A DNA stretch of 64,000 nucleotides from Balanoglossus misakiensis. Its lineage: Eukaryota > Animalia > Hemichordata. A program made the position numbers and the translations under genes. The stretch spans positions 10,684,461 to 10,748,460 of the forward strand of contig CM082596.2 of NCBI GenBank assembly GCA_040954595.2. Direction: 5' to 3'. The notes below the pieces were generated by a model, which searched no databases, was not told the DNA's origin, and was given only the letters and a program-made list of their open reading frames with translations. Below are positions 40,401 to 53,457 of the stretch, piece after piece (the stretch's first letter is position 1; each line of letters starts with the position of its first letter).

Positions 40401-43400
40401 GGCGAAGCAAGCTTAATGATGCATCGGAGTAGATGGTGATGCAAGCTCTGCATTTTGACATAGGTATTAAATGTATATACATGGATATTTAAAGTTGTCT
40501 GTAAATCCCCAGGTTAATACATGGCCACAAGCACTATAATTTGATATTGCTACTGAAATGGTGACACTGAATCTGATTCTTTGCATCAGGGCATATTGTG
40601 AAGCATGCTTGATGATGCATTAGGATCAATAGTGATGGAAACACTGCACTATGACATGGGCATTTAATGCATACGCATTGATATTTACAGTTGACTCTAA
40701 ATCCCGAGGTTAATACATGGCTAAAAGCGCTGTTATTTAAAATTACTAATACAAGGGTGACATTGACTATGGGTAAATGGTGAAGCAAACGTGATGATGC
40801 ATCAGGATAGATGGTGTTTTAAGCCCTTCACATTGACTTTTGAATATAATGCATATGGGGATTTAAAGTTGATTGTAAATCCCTAGGTTAATGCATGGCC
40901 AAAAGCAATTTTATTTGACATTGCTAATTGAACGATGACATTGAATCGGATTCTTTGCATCAGGGTAAATGGCAATGCAAGCTTGATGATGCATCACGGT
41001 AGATAGTGATGCAAACACTTTACTTTGACATGTGTATTAAATGCATATGGGGATTTCAAGTTGTTTACAAATCCCTGGGTTAATACGCGTCCAAAAGCAC
41101 TGTAATTTGACATTGCTAATGCGATGTTGACATTGAATGTAATTCTCCGCATTAGGGCAAATGGCAAAGCAAGCTTAATGATGCAATGGAGTAGACGGTG
41201 ATGCAAGCTATGCATTTTGACATAGGTATTTAATGCATGTGCATGGGTATTTAATGTTGAATGTAAATTCTCAGGTTAATACATCTCCAAAAGCACTGTA
41301 ATTTAAAATTGCTAATGTAAGGGTGACATTGAATCTGATTCTTTGCATTAGGGGAAATGGCGTAGCAAGCCTAATGATCCATCTGAGTAGATGGTGATGC
41401 AAGCTAAGCATTTTGACATAGGTACTAAATGTATATACATGGGTATTTAAAGTTGTCTGTAAATCCCCAGGTTAATACATGGCCATAAGCACTATAATTT
41501 GACATTGCTAATGAAATGGTGACACTGAATCTGATTCTTTGCATCAGGGCATATTGTGAAGCATGCTTGATGATGCATTAGGGTCAATAGTGATGGAAAC
41601 ACTGCACTATGACATGGGTATTTAATGCATACGCATTGATATTTACAGTTGACTCTTAATCCCGAGGTTAATACATGGCTAAAAGCACTGTAATTTAAAA
41701 TTACTAATGCAAAGGTTACATCGAATATGGGTAAATGGTGAAGCAAGCTTGAAGATGCATCAGGGTAGCTGGTGTTTCAAGCCCTTCACATTGACATAGG
41801 AATATAATGCATATGGGGATTTAAAATTGATTGTAAATCCCTAGGTTAATACATGGCCAAAAGCACTGTAATTTAAAATTGCTAATGCAATGGTGACATT
41901 GAATGTGATTCTTTGCATCAGGGCATATTGTGAAGCATGCTTGATGATGCATTAGGGTCAATAGTGATGGAAACACTGCACTATGACATGGGTATTTAAT
42001 GCATACGCATTGATGTTTACAGTTGACTCTTAATCCCGAGGTTAATACATGGCTAAAAGCACTGTTATTTAAAATTACTAATGGAAAGGTTACATTGAAT
42101 ATGGGTAAATGGTGAAGCAAGCTTGAAGATGCATCAGGATAGATGGTGTTTTAAGCCCTTCACATTGACTTTTGAATATAATGCATATGGGGATTTAAAG
42201 TTGATTGTAAATCCCTAGGTTAATGCATGGCCAAAAGCAATTTTATTTGACATTGCTAATTGAACGATGACATTGAATCCGATTCTTTGCATCAGGGTAA
42301 ATGGCAATGCAAGCTTGATGATGCATCACGGTAGATAGTGATGCAAACACTTTACTTCGACATGGGTATTAAATGCATATGGGGATTTCAAGTTGTTTAC
42401 AAATCCCTGGGTTAATACGCGTCCAAAAGCACTGTAATTTGACATTGCTAATGCGATGTTGACATTGAATGTAATTCTCCGCATTAGGGCAAATGGCAAA
42501 GCAAGCTTAATGATGCAATGGAGTAGACGGTGATGCAAGCTATGCATTTTGACATAGGTATTTAATGCATGTGCATGGGTATTTAATGTTGAATGTAAAT
42601 TCTCAGGTTAATACATCTCCAAAAGCACTGTAATTTAAAATTGCTAATGTAAGGGTGACATTGAATCTGATTCTTTGCATTAGGGGAAATGGCGTAGCAA
42701 GCCTAATGATCCATCTGAGTAGATGGTGATGCAAGCTAAGCATTTTGACATAGGTACTAAATGTATATACATGGGTATTTAAAGTTGTCTGTAAATCCCC
42801 AGGTTAATACATGGCCATAAGCACTATAATTTGACATTGCTAATGAAATGGTGACACTGAATCTGATTCTTTGCATCAGGGCATATTGTGAAGCATGCTT
42901 GATGATGCATTAGGGTCAATAGTGATGGAAACACTGCACTATGACATGGGTATTTAATGCATACGCATTGATATTTACAGTTGACTCTTAATCCCGAGGT
43001 TAATACATGGCTAAAAGCACTGTAATTTAAAATTACTAATGCAAAGGTTACATTGAATATGGGTAAATGGTGAAGCAAGCTTGAAGATGCATCAGGGTAG
43101 CTGGTGTTTCAAGCCCTTCACATTGACATTGGAATATAATGCATATGGGGATTTAAAATTGATTGTAAATCCCTAGGTTAATACATGGCCAAAAGCACTG
43201 TAATTTAAAATTGCTAATGCAATGGTGACATTGAATGTGATTCTTTGCATCAGGGCATATTGTGAAGCATGCTTGATGATGCATTAGGGTCAATAGTGAT
43301 GGAAACACTGCACTATGACATGGGTATTTAATGCATACGCATTGATGTTTACAGTTGACTCTTAATCCCGAGGTTAATACATGGCTAAAAGCACTGTTAT

Positions 43401-46400
43401 TTAAAATTACTAATGGAAAGGTTACATTGAATATGGGTAAATGGTGAAGCAAGCTTGAAGATGCATCAGGGTAGATGGTGTTTCAAGCCCTTCACATTGA
43501 CATTGGAATATAATGCATATGGGGATTTAAAATTGATTGTAAATCCCTAGGTTAATACGTGGCCAAAAGCAATTTTATTTGACATTGCTAATGCAAAGAT
43601 GACATTGAATCCGATTATTTGTATCAGGGTAAATGGCGATGCAAGCTTGATGATGCATCACGGTAGATAGTGATGCAAACACTTCACTTTGACATGGGCA
43701 TTAAATGCATATGGGGATTTCAAGTTGTTTACAAATCCCTGGGTTAATACGCGTCCAAAAGCACTGTAATTTGACATTGCTAATGCGATGTTGACATTGA
43801 ATGTAATTCTCTGCATTAGGGCAAATGGCAAAGCAAGCTTAATGATGCAATGGAGTAGACGGTGATGCAAGCTATGCATTTTGACATAGGTATTTAATGC
43901 ATGTGCATGGGTATTTAATGTTGAATGTAAATTCCCAGGTTAATACATCTCCAAAAGCACTGTAATTTAAAATTGCTAATGTAAGGGTGACATTGAATCT
44001 GATTCTTTGCATTATGGGAAATGGCGTAGCAAGCCTAATGATCCATCTGAGTAGATGGTGATGCAAGCTAAGCATTTTGATATAGGTACTAAATGTATAT
44101 ACATGGGTATTTAAAGTTGTCTGTAAATCCCCAGGTTAATACTTGGCAAAAAGCAATTTTATTTGACATTGCTAATGAAATGGTGACACTGAATCTGATT
44201 CTTTGCATCAGGGTAAATGGCGATGCAAGCTTGATGATGCATCCCGGTAGATAGTGATGCAAACACTTCACTGTGACATGGGTATTAAATGCATATGGGG
44301 ATTAAAAGTTGACTGAAAATCCCTGGGTTAATACAAGTCCAAAAGCACTGAAATTTGACATAGCTAATACAATGGTGACATTGAATGTGATTCTTTGCAT
44401 TAGGGGAAATGGTGTAGCAAACCTAATGATGCATCAGTGTAGATGGTGATCCAAGCTATGCTATTTGACATAGGTATTTAATGCATGTGCATGGGTATTT
44501 AATGTTGACTGTAAATCCCTGGGTTAATACAAATCCAAAAGCACTGTAATTTGACATTGCTAATAGAACGGTGTCATTTAATCTGATTCTTTGCATCAGG
44601 GCAAATTGCGAAGCAGGCTTAATGATGCATCGGAGTATATGGTGATGCAAGCTATGCACTTTGACATACGTATTTAATGCATATGCATTGGTATTTAATG
44701 TTGACTGTAAATCCCCAGGTTAATACGTGGCCAAAAGCACTGTAATTTGACATTGCTAATGCTACCGTGACAGTAAATCTGATTCTTTGCATTAGGGTAA
44801 ATTGTGAAGCAAGCTTGATGATGCATCAGGATAGATGGTGTTTTAAGCCCCTCACATTGACATTGGAATATAACGCATATGGGGATTTAAAGTTAATTGT
44901 AAATACCCAGGTTAATACATGGCCAAAAGCACTGTAATTTAAAATTGCTAATGCAATGGTGACATTGAATGTGATTCTTTGCAGTAGGGGAACTGGCGTA
45001 GTAATCCTAATAGTGTATCAGAGTAGATGGTGATGCAAGCTCTGCACTTTGACATAGGTATTTAATGCATATGCATGTGTATTTAATGTTGACTATAAAT
45101 CCTCAGGTGAATACATGGCCATAAACACTATAATTTGACATTGCTAATGAAATGGTGACACTGAATCTGATTCTTTGCATCAGGGCATATTGTGAAGCAT
45201 GCTTGTTGATGCATTAGGGTCAATAGTGATGGAAACACTGCACTATGACATGGGTATTTAATGCATACGCATTGATATTTACAGTTGACTCTAAATCCCG
45301 AGGTTTATACTTGGCTAAAAGCGCTGTAATTTAAAATTACTAATGCAAAGGTTACATTGAATATGGGTAAATGGTGAAGCAAGCTTGAAGATGCATCAGG
45401 GTAGCTGGTGTTTCAAGCCCTTCACATTGACATTGGAATATAATGCATATGGGGATTTAAAATTGATTGTAAATCCCTAGGTTAATACATGGCCAAAAGC
45501 ACTGTAATTTAAAATTGCTAATGCAATGGTGACATTGAATGTGATTCTTTGCATCAGGGCATATTGTGAAGCATGCTTGATGATGCATTAGGGTCAATAG
45601 TGATGGAAACACTGCACTATGACATGGGTATTTAATGCATACGCATTGATATTTACAGTTGACTCTTAATCCCGAGGTTAATACATGGCTAAAAGCACTG
45701 TAATTTAAAATTACTAATGCAAAGGTTACATTGAATATGGGTAAATGGTGAAGCAAGCTTGAAGATGCATCAGGGTAGATGGTGTTTCAAGCCCTTCACA
45801 TTGACATTGGAATATAATGCATATGGGGATTTAAAATTGATTGTAAATCCCTAGGTTAATACGTGGCCAAAAGCAATTTTATTTGACATTGCTAATGCAA
45901 CGATGACATTGAATCCGATTATTTGTATCAGGGTAAATGGCGATGCAAGCTTGATGATGCATCACGGTAGATAGTGATGCAAACACTTCACTTTGACATG
46001 GGCATTAAATGCATATGGGGATTTCAAGTTGTTTACAAATCCCTGGGTTAATACGCGTCCAAAAGCACTGTAATTTGACATTGCTAATGCGATGTTAACA
46101 TTGAATGTAATTCTCCGCATTAGGGCAAATGGCAAAGCAAGCTTAATGATGCAATGGAGTAGACGGTGATGCAAGCTATGCATTTCGACATAGGTATTTA
46201 ATGCATGTGCTTGGGTATTTAATGTTGAATGTAAATTCCCAGGTTAATACATCTCCAAAAGCACTGTAATTTAAAATTGCTAATGTAAGGGTGACATTGA
46301 ATCTGATTCTTTGCATTATGGGAAATGGCGTAGCAAGCCTAATGATCCATCTGAGTAGATGGTGATGCAAGCTAAGCATTTTGATATAGGTACTAAATGT

Positions 46401-47027
46401 ATATACATGGGTATTTAAAGTTGTCTGTAAATCCTCAGGTTAATACTTGGCAAAAAGAAATTTTATTTTACATTGCTAATGAAATGGTGACACTGAATCT
46501 GATTCTTTGCATCAGGGTAAATGGCGATGCAAGCTTGATGATGCATCCCGGTAGATAGTGATGCAAACACTTCACTTTGACATGGGTATTAAATGCATAT
46601 GGGGATTAAAAGTTGACTGAAAATCCCTAGGTTAATACAAGTCCAAAAGCACTGAAATTTGACATAGCTAATACAATGGTGACATTGAATGTGATTCTTT
46701 GCATTAGGGGAAATGGCGTAGCAAGCCTAATGATGCATCAGTGTAGATGGTGATCCAAGCTCTGCGCTTTGGCATACGTATTTAATGCATGTGCATGGTA
46801 TTTAATGTTGAATGTAAATTCCCAGGTTAATATATGCATGGGTATTTAATGTTGACTGTAAATCCCTAGGTTAATACATGGCCATAAGTACTGTAAGGGG
46901 TAGATGGTGATGCAAGCTCTGCACTTTGACATGGGGATTAAATGCATGCTGAGGGGGATTTTAAGTTGTCTGTAAATCCCCAGGTTGATATGTGGCCAAA
47001 AGCACTGTAATTTGACATTGCTAATGA
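37449..47027. repeat. Satellite DNA array 2, 178/192/196-bp monomers (~43 copies) with higher-order repeats
   Basis: Landmark (C/A)ATT(G/A)CTAAT at 37541, 37737, 37929, 38125, 38320, 38498 and onward. A 7-mer of 1332 bp spans 40919-42251. Interrupted by HINE copy 2. Confidence 0.97.
39073..40344 (+). mobile_element. Non-autonomous Helitron/Helentron-type element, young copy 2, inserted in satellite 2
   Basis: Nearly identical to 33442-34706 with the same terminal structures. Removing it restores the satellite motif GCACTATAAT|TTGACATTGCTAAT exactly (intact at ~41489 and ~42821). Confidence 0.9.
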
Positions 47028-47450
47028 TGGTGAGCTGTACTCCCCAGGGAGTTGAATGGAATGTTTAGGTCCAACGACCTAGGTCAAATGACCATGGGAC
47101 AACTTTAAAGCATGTTGAGATTTAATGTGCTACATAAGTTATAAATATTATATTAATATTATTACATAAACAACACTCTTACCTAGCTAAGGAAGTGGTC
47201 AGGTGAAAAATATTTGCAGAGCTGACCAATTATTTAAGGAATATTAAAGTTGGGTAATTTGGACGTATTCATACGGGTGTTGGTCAATGGAAAGTCCTTT
47301 GTTCATTTTCAAAATGGCAACCAAAAATGCGAACAAAACACACTGAATTATGTACGGGATATTGGTGTTGCCTAATTTGCGTGTTTCCACATTTACTTAA
47401 ACTCTCACAGGGAGACAAATGTCACAGCAAACGGAAAAATGACTATGCTA
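46929..47450 (+). repeat. Duplicated segment (partial satellite-2 monomer + SINE 3' half + flank), copy 1
   Basis: Collinear with 51025-51547 from ACATGGGGATTAAATGCAT to ACAGCAAACGGAAAAATGA.TATGCTA. Confidence 0.85.
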
Positions 47451-47829
47451 CACACAACACTTTTATTGATCATGGAAAATGTTCATGAGAATTGTGTTAT
47501 GGTACTTTTCGGGGCTCACGACCTGTGTTATAGGAAATCTGACAAGGAATCCAAACTGTACCACATACACAACACTTTAATTAAGCATGGGAAATGGTCC
47601 TGAGAACAATATTCTCAGAGTTGACAAACTGTGTTATCTGCGTTATATTGATGTTGTCTAATTTACACGCCTGTACATTTATTTATACTCTGACTTTGAG
47701 CTTAATAAGGCAGCGCCTGCTAAGGTCAATTTGCCACGTACACTTTTAATTAGCATAGATAATGATCATGATAACTTCATTTTCAGAGCTGACAAACTGT
47801 GTTATGTGAAATTCATGTTGCCTATTTCA

Positions 47830-48466
47830 TGATAATGGCTTGTGGTACACAAGGGTTAACAGCAATCAGCAATTGCTTGTATGATAGGTATAATGATCGA
47901 TTTACAAATTTCAATGGTATAATAATGGGCAACACATGTGGAAGTGTTTAATAAACAGTTAACTGATGTGGTGATGGTTTGTGGTAAAATTGAGGGTACA
48001 CAGATTATAATGGGCAAAACAATGAATATAATAGAGGTTGATGATGGTGAATGGTTTCATATGAATGGTGTAATAAAGGTTAACAAATGTGGTGATAGCT
48101 TTGGTGTACAGGGCTGTTCATATCTTTAGTAATGACAAAGGTATAATAGTGATAAAAGCTTAAATAAGTGTTAGGGCACAATCTTCATGATGGTTCATTC
48201 ATTGGTTAATGTGTATATTTTATTAATATCATGCTATTGTTTATCAGTTAGATCATAATCAGGGTTTTTCCATGCACATAGTCATCATGAATCAGCGGAA
48301 TTCTTCTGAATAGTACCTGTGATCATTTTTGCGCACCGACGCATTGTACGCGACAGACATGCAGAAAATATTAACATGTAACTCACAGGCATAGTGTTAA
48401 ATCTAAACGACTATATGTTAGATAAGCTTTACCTCCCCACCCCATCAAAATTCCAAATTTAGCTTG
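47830..48466. repeat. Dispersed repeat, copy B (paralogue of 35860-36720)
   Basis: Shares the same sequence blocks as copy A, in the same orientation. Confidence 0.7.
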
Positions 48467-48899
48467 ATGTGACGTTTTCGGGTAGTACCAATTCGGAAAC
48501 TTTCATGGTTCATTCATTGAACCAAATATTGGATTTGACACACTGTGTCTTGGGTGGGTAAAGCATGGTGAAATGTTGGCAGTAAACTTTAACCAGACAG
48601 GTCACATGAAAGGAAGATTTTATCATTTGAGTTCGATGGCATACATGATAAGATATGTCAGTTCTGACACCTTTTTTGCAGACGTAGATGCTGATGTATT
48701 TTTTCCAATGGACACAATACTCAAAGTCCAGTCTGTGTTTAAAATGATACCCTGGTCACACACAGTGAGAAATGTCAGCCTTTGACTTAATTATCTAATT
48801 TATGCATCGTTAACAATGCACTGTGACATTTACTGCATGTATTTTTCCCCCTGTGGAAACTTACTATGCTTTGAATACATGTTCCCTAATGGGGTGTTA

Positions 48900-49480
48900 A
48901 AGGATACAGTAGGATCTGTTTTGGTAGCAAATATGACACTGTTTTCAACATATTTGACTGGTGGCAATATGTGGTTTTACGTTGGTATCCATCATGTAAC
49001 TCAGATCACCTATATGAAGCTCCATAGTAAATTTCACAGAAGTCGGCTGATCAATTCCAGAAAAGTAGATTTTTTACCAAAAATGTGGAAAAAGACAAAA
49101 AAATGCATAACAAGTAGAAAATTCACACTATTAGCTTAAAACATACAGAAATGTGTGAGGCTAATATAAGGTACTATCATACCATTTTTTCAAATCAATA
49201 TGACCAGGACTTGTCGAGTTTCTGAGTTTTGACCAAATTAAGGTTTTCCCAGCTAATTTGTATATATTTTTGGCAGTGACAACTTCGTTTGAACAAACTC
49301 CCATCTACAGCCTAGCATGCATCTACACACCAAATATCGAGGTTATTGGCGCAACGGTTTTCAAGTTTTTGATGTGTACGAACATACATCCATCTATCCG
49401 TCCATATGTCCATACATACATACAGACGCAACCAAATCCATAAGGTCCCACTGTATATACCTATACAAATGGGACCAAAT
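48900..49480 (-). mobile_element. Probable second HINE/Helitron-N-type element, 5' end on minus strand; left boundary undefined
   Basis: (CATA/CATC/CCGT)n microsatellite at 49383-49426 next to a terminal hairpin GGTCCCA-CTGTATATACCTATACAAA-TGGGACC (49444-49476) and an A-rich flank. This is the same layout as the 5' end of the HINE above, reversed. Confidence 0.5.
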
Positions 49481-50249
49481 AAAACACACAAAAAATAACA
49501 CTTAACATCTTACAGTGCAGGGCCTTGCTAGTTGATGTGGTACAATTCTATCATATCACTTCACAGCTGGTAGCCAAGGGCAGTGTTTGCACAGAGGAGC
49601 CTCCTGAATGTCTTCGCTCGTTCACACCTCTTCAGTGATAATGTCTGGATTACATTGACATGAAACTGTTTGTTCAGTAGTGTTTCAACTGCCAGCTACC
49701 TGGGTTCATTTTACACCCAAACACTGAAAATATTGTAGCAGTCAATAATATAACCTACACACTGTGTGAAATTCACCATGTTCTTAAGTAATGTTGATGT
49801 CTAATGTGCATTGTGACTTACAGGGCATGCACGGCTAAAGCTTGTCGAAAGTTGACAAAGCAAAAGACCAGACCAGTTGCCTGTTTTAAAATGTGCTTCA
49901 TTCCAAGGACCTTGGCGATGAGTCATGAATTGGGGAACGTTCATGAGACCCATTTTTTTTCACTGGACCAGCACATTTAATGATATGACCATGAAATTGA
50001 ACTGTTCCCAGGAGCTACTGAGAGTTGCCTTGTTTCACCCCCAAGTTACTACCTGGGGTTTTTACAATGTCGACAGTAGTTCCAAAAAAAACGTTGTACT
50101 TTTATGAATAATCGATTAGGGTAGATTTATTCATGGTAGTAAAACTTTTTGGCCTGCAGTTGCCAAACAAAGACAATTACAAGTAAGGGACTGGACGTAA
50201 ACTACCAGGGGGAGCGCAGGGGAATTGACGAAAGCGATGGCCTCAAATT

Positions 50250-50607
50250 AATGTCATAGTCCAGTGGTTAGAGCATCAGACCCATAATCAAAGAATCAAG
50301 AGTTTGATCCCTGGCATGGTTGTGGTGTTGTGTCCTCTAGCAAGGCAATTTACATCTCCTTGCCTCTCCCCGCCTATAAGAAAAGGGTAATTTGGTGGAT
50401 CGGATATTGTAATGTGTATGTATAGGTCTGCTTTGCTGATATAAAAGCTGCACATGTGAGCTGTTGTTTGCTCCCCATGGAGTGGAATGGAATATTTTAG
50501 GTCCAACGACCTAGGTCAAATTACCATGGGAAACACTTCAAAGCAGCACATTGAGATTTATTGCATAATGTGCTATATAAGTAATAAATATTATATTGAT
50601 ATTATTA
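50250..50607 (+). mobile_element. tRNA-derived SINE (degenerate)
   Basis: A-box-like TAGTCCAGTGG (50257) followed by TTAGAGC. B-box-like GAGTTTGATCC (50300). CORE-like TTGTGTCCTCTAGCAAGGCAATTTAC (50328). L2-like tail AAAGCAGCACATTGAG...AATGTGCTATATAA and a (TAT)n-like end. The 3' half is repeated at ~47030-47164 and ~51127-51262. Confidence 0.75.
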
Positions 50608-50680
50608 CATAAACAACACTCTTACATAGCAAAGGAAGTGGTCAGGTGAACTATATTCGCAGAGCTGACCAATTGTTTAA

Positions 50681-51023
50681 AGGGGCAAAGTCTCTCATCG
50701 CTGCCTTTTTTCAATTAATTATGTATGATACAATACGCCATTGATGTTATTCTACATGTGGATATATGGTGAATCAACATTCGACCACACACAACTTCCG
50801 TCTCGTTTGTACGATATGAGAGTAAAAACTCGCCCAAAATGAATAAATGGTAAAGAACGATTATTCATTTTGGCGAGTTTTTCACTCTCCTGTCTATAAG
50901 AGGGATGGAAGTTGTGTGTGGTTGAACGTTCATTCGCTATATATCCACATGTAGAATAACAAACGGTGTCTCTTATCAAATATAATATGGGAAAAAGGGC
51001 AGCGAGAGAGAGACTTTGTCCCT
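50681..51023. mobile_element. Palindromic MITE (Kolobok-like termini)
   Basis: TIR AGGGGCAAAGTCTCTCATCGCTGCCTTTTTTC versus GAAAAAGGGCAGCGAGAGAGAGACTTTGTCCCT. Inner arms GTTATTCTACATGTGGATATAT...CCACACACAACTTCC and GGAAGTTGTGTGTGG...ATATATCCACATGTAGAATAAC. TTAA on the left; empty sites TTTAAGG at ~47233 and ~51333. Confidence 0.85.
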
Positions 51024-51024
51024 C

Positions 51025-51547
51025 ACATGGGGATTAAATGCATATGCGTGTGTATTTAAAGTTAACTGTAAATCCCCAGGTTAATACGTGGCCAAAAGCA
51101 CTGTAATTTGGCATTTCTAATGATGGTGAGATGTTGTTTGCTCCCCAGGGAGTTGAATGGAATATTTAGGTCCAACATCCTAGCTCAAATGACCATGGGA
51201 CAACTTAAAGCACGTTGAGATTTAATGTGCTACATAAGTTATAAATATTATAAAAATATTATTACATAAACAACACTCTTCCTTAGCAAAGGAAGTGGTC
51301 AGGTGAAATATATTCGCAGAGCTGACCAATTCTTTAAGGAAAATTAAAGTTGGGTAATTTGGATGTATTCATACGAGTGTTGGTCAATGATAGGAAAGTC
51401 CTTTGTTCATTTTCAAAATGAAAACCAAAAATGCAAACAAAACACACTGAATTACGTATGGGATATTGATGTTGCCTAATTTGCGTGACTCTACATTTAC
51501 TCTCACAGGGAGACAAATGTCACAGCAAACGGAAAAATGATTATGCT
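51025..51547 (+). repeat. Duplicated segment, copy 2 (paralogue of 46929-47450)
   Basis: Collinear with 46929-47450 and directly abuts the right TIR of the MITE. Confidence 0.85.
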
Positions 51548-53457
51548 AAGCAATACGCCAACCTTTAAAATATTACTTTAGAAAGTTTGTATTCATACTT
51601 TCTTCAAGTTGTCATAACGCTACCCCGAAATGTGTTTAAGTATTGCCTTTGTATTAATGGGCTAGATTCATGGCGTTATATGTCATAAATTAAAAAGCCA
51701 ACCCTTATTGATTTTGATAATATTTATGTCGGAGAATCCACAATGAAAAATATGTATTTCAATTTCATAACTCAAAATGATTTTCAAATCCATGACCTTA
51801 TTTTCAACTCCAGTGATCGTACATCCTGAACCTTGTGCCAGTAAATGATTGGCCATTACAGGGTTAATGGGCACTCTCCCGTTCTCTTCCTCCGCAGTTT
51901 CATTCATGTTCTTGTTTGACGGAAATGGGTGTGACCAGACGCTTGAATGTTTTCATGTGGGTGTCGTTGTTCATCGGGATCGGTCTCCTGGTGTGTCTGT
52001 ACAGGTACGCAAGGAGAAACTGCCCACAAGAAGCTGCGAGTGAAACTATTTAAGGTAGTATGTGCCTCGCGGTCCGAGATTCAGACAAATGATAGTCCTC
52101 AAAACTTTTTCAAGTCTTTGATTTACTAAAGTGTATGGTGAGTCTCTTTGAAAACAACAAAAACATTACTCACCATATTGTTATTTTTTTGAAAGTTTAA
52201 AATGAAGTTGACAATGTACCAAACAGATTCTATTTATTTCTTCATGACCATGTTCACCCCAAGGTCATATGGACCTGCAAGTATATGCCAGAGCCAGAGT
52301 CGACATTACCGAAGCCAGAGTTCAAAGCTTGCAGGTCACCCCTTGCCAGCTCATGTCTAGCTAAACTGCCATGGATGCCAAGAGATATAGGACTACAGTA
52401 ACCTGTAGATGGTTTCAGTATGTTTGAAGAAAGTGGTGGCGCACTTTTGGCTACATTTGAAATGGCTATGGTACCAGTGGTTGAATTTGCAAAGGTGACC
52501 TTTGACCTGGCATCATTAAAGATATTAAAGAACGATTGAACATTCCTTGTTGTCGTAAAATGACATCTGTAATAACTTATATTTTATCTGTTCATCTTGA
52601 AGTACTATATATTTAAACGCCAATTTTCTATTGCCAATCAATTTTTACAAATAAATTGTAATATGCATGTTGATTTTACAAAAACTCCTTACTTCAAAGT
52701 GAATTCTGTTACACATCACGTAAATATTTTCCCCACGAATTCTTCAGTTGCTGACTCGGAAATTTCATATATTGGGCAGAAATTGGATACATTACCGAGC
52801 CATTAAAATTACAGTTTTCTATTTTAATTGATCTTCCATAACTTCAAGTACTTTGATTTGACATAAATTAAAAACATCATGGTGAATAAATAAAAAATCT
52901 TTGATTATCTAATTGTGCATGTTTACATGGTTTTATTTTAGTATGCTGGGTACTTAATGTCTAATTGCTCGCTGATTTTATACTGTTCAAGATGACAATC
53001 TAATTTTAGTTTTCAGCTGATAATGGAAATCACTGATTAAAAAAATTGAATTTTGTCATGAATAAACTTGTTGTTCATGGCAGTTGCTGTATTTTGTTTC
53101 ATGTTTATTCAATTTTTGCAAGAATACCATTGAGCACAGTTTGATTTGATTTAACACGTTTATCGGAAAATTTTGTCATTTGAAATATCTGTTTTTGCGC
53201 CCTCTACCATTTGACCAAATGATTCTCTTATTTTGGTGGCCTTTGTCCGTGTATATGAGAATACTATAGTACTCTCGCATCGATGATAGTAGAAGTTGAA
53301 AACGTCTCTTGCCACGTGGCCTAGAAGAGAGGTGATCTTTAGAGTAAAATAAAACAAACTATCCAGATAGGAAGCTAGAAAAGAAGTTGAATCGTTGAAA
53401 TTTTATTTATTTTTATATTGTTAATATCGTTGGTGATGTTGACTGGCCGACAATCTT

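Noticed and set aside
37533-46379. Family of Cys/His-rich 60-99-aa minus-strand ORFs
   Set aside because: Monomer lengths 196 and 178 are not multiples of 3, frames shift between copies, and the composition follows from TGCA/ATG-rich DNA. Useful only as HOR markers.
50250-50320. Functional tRNA
   Set aside because: The B box is degenerate and the sequence continues into a SINE body and tail.
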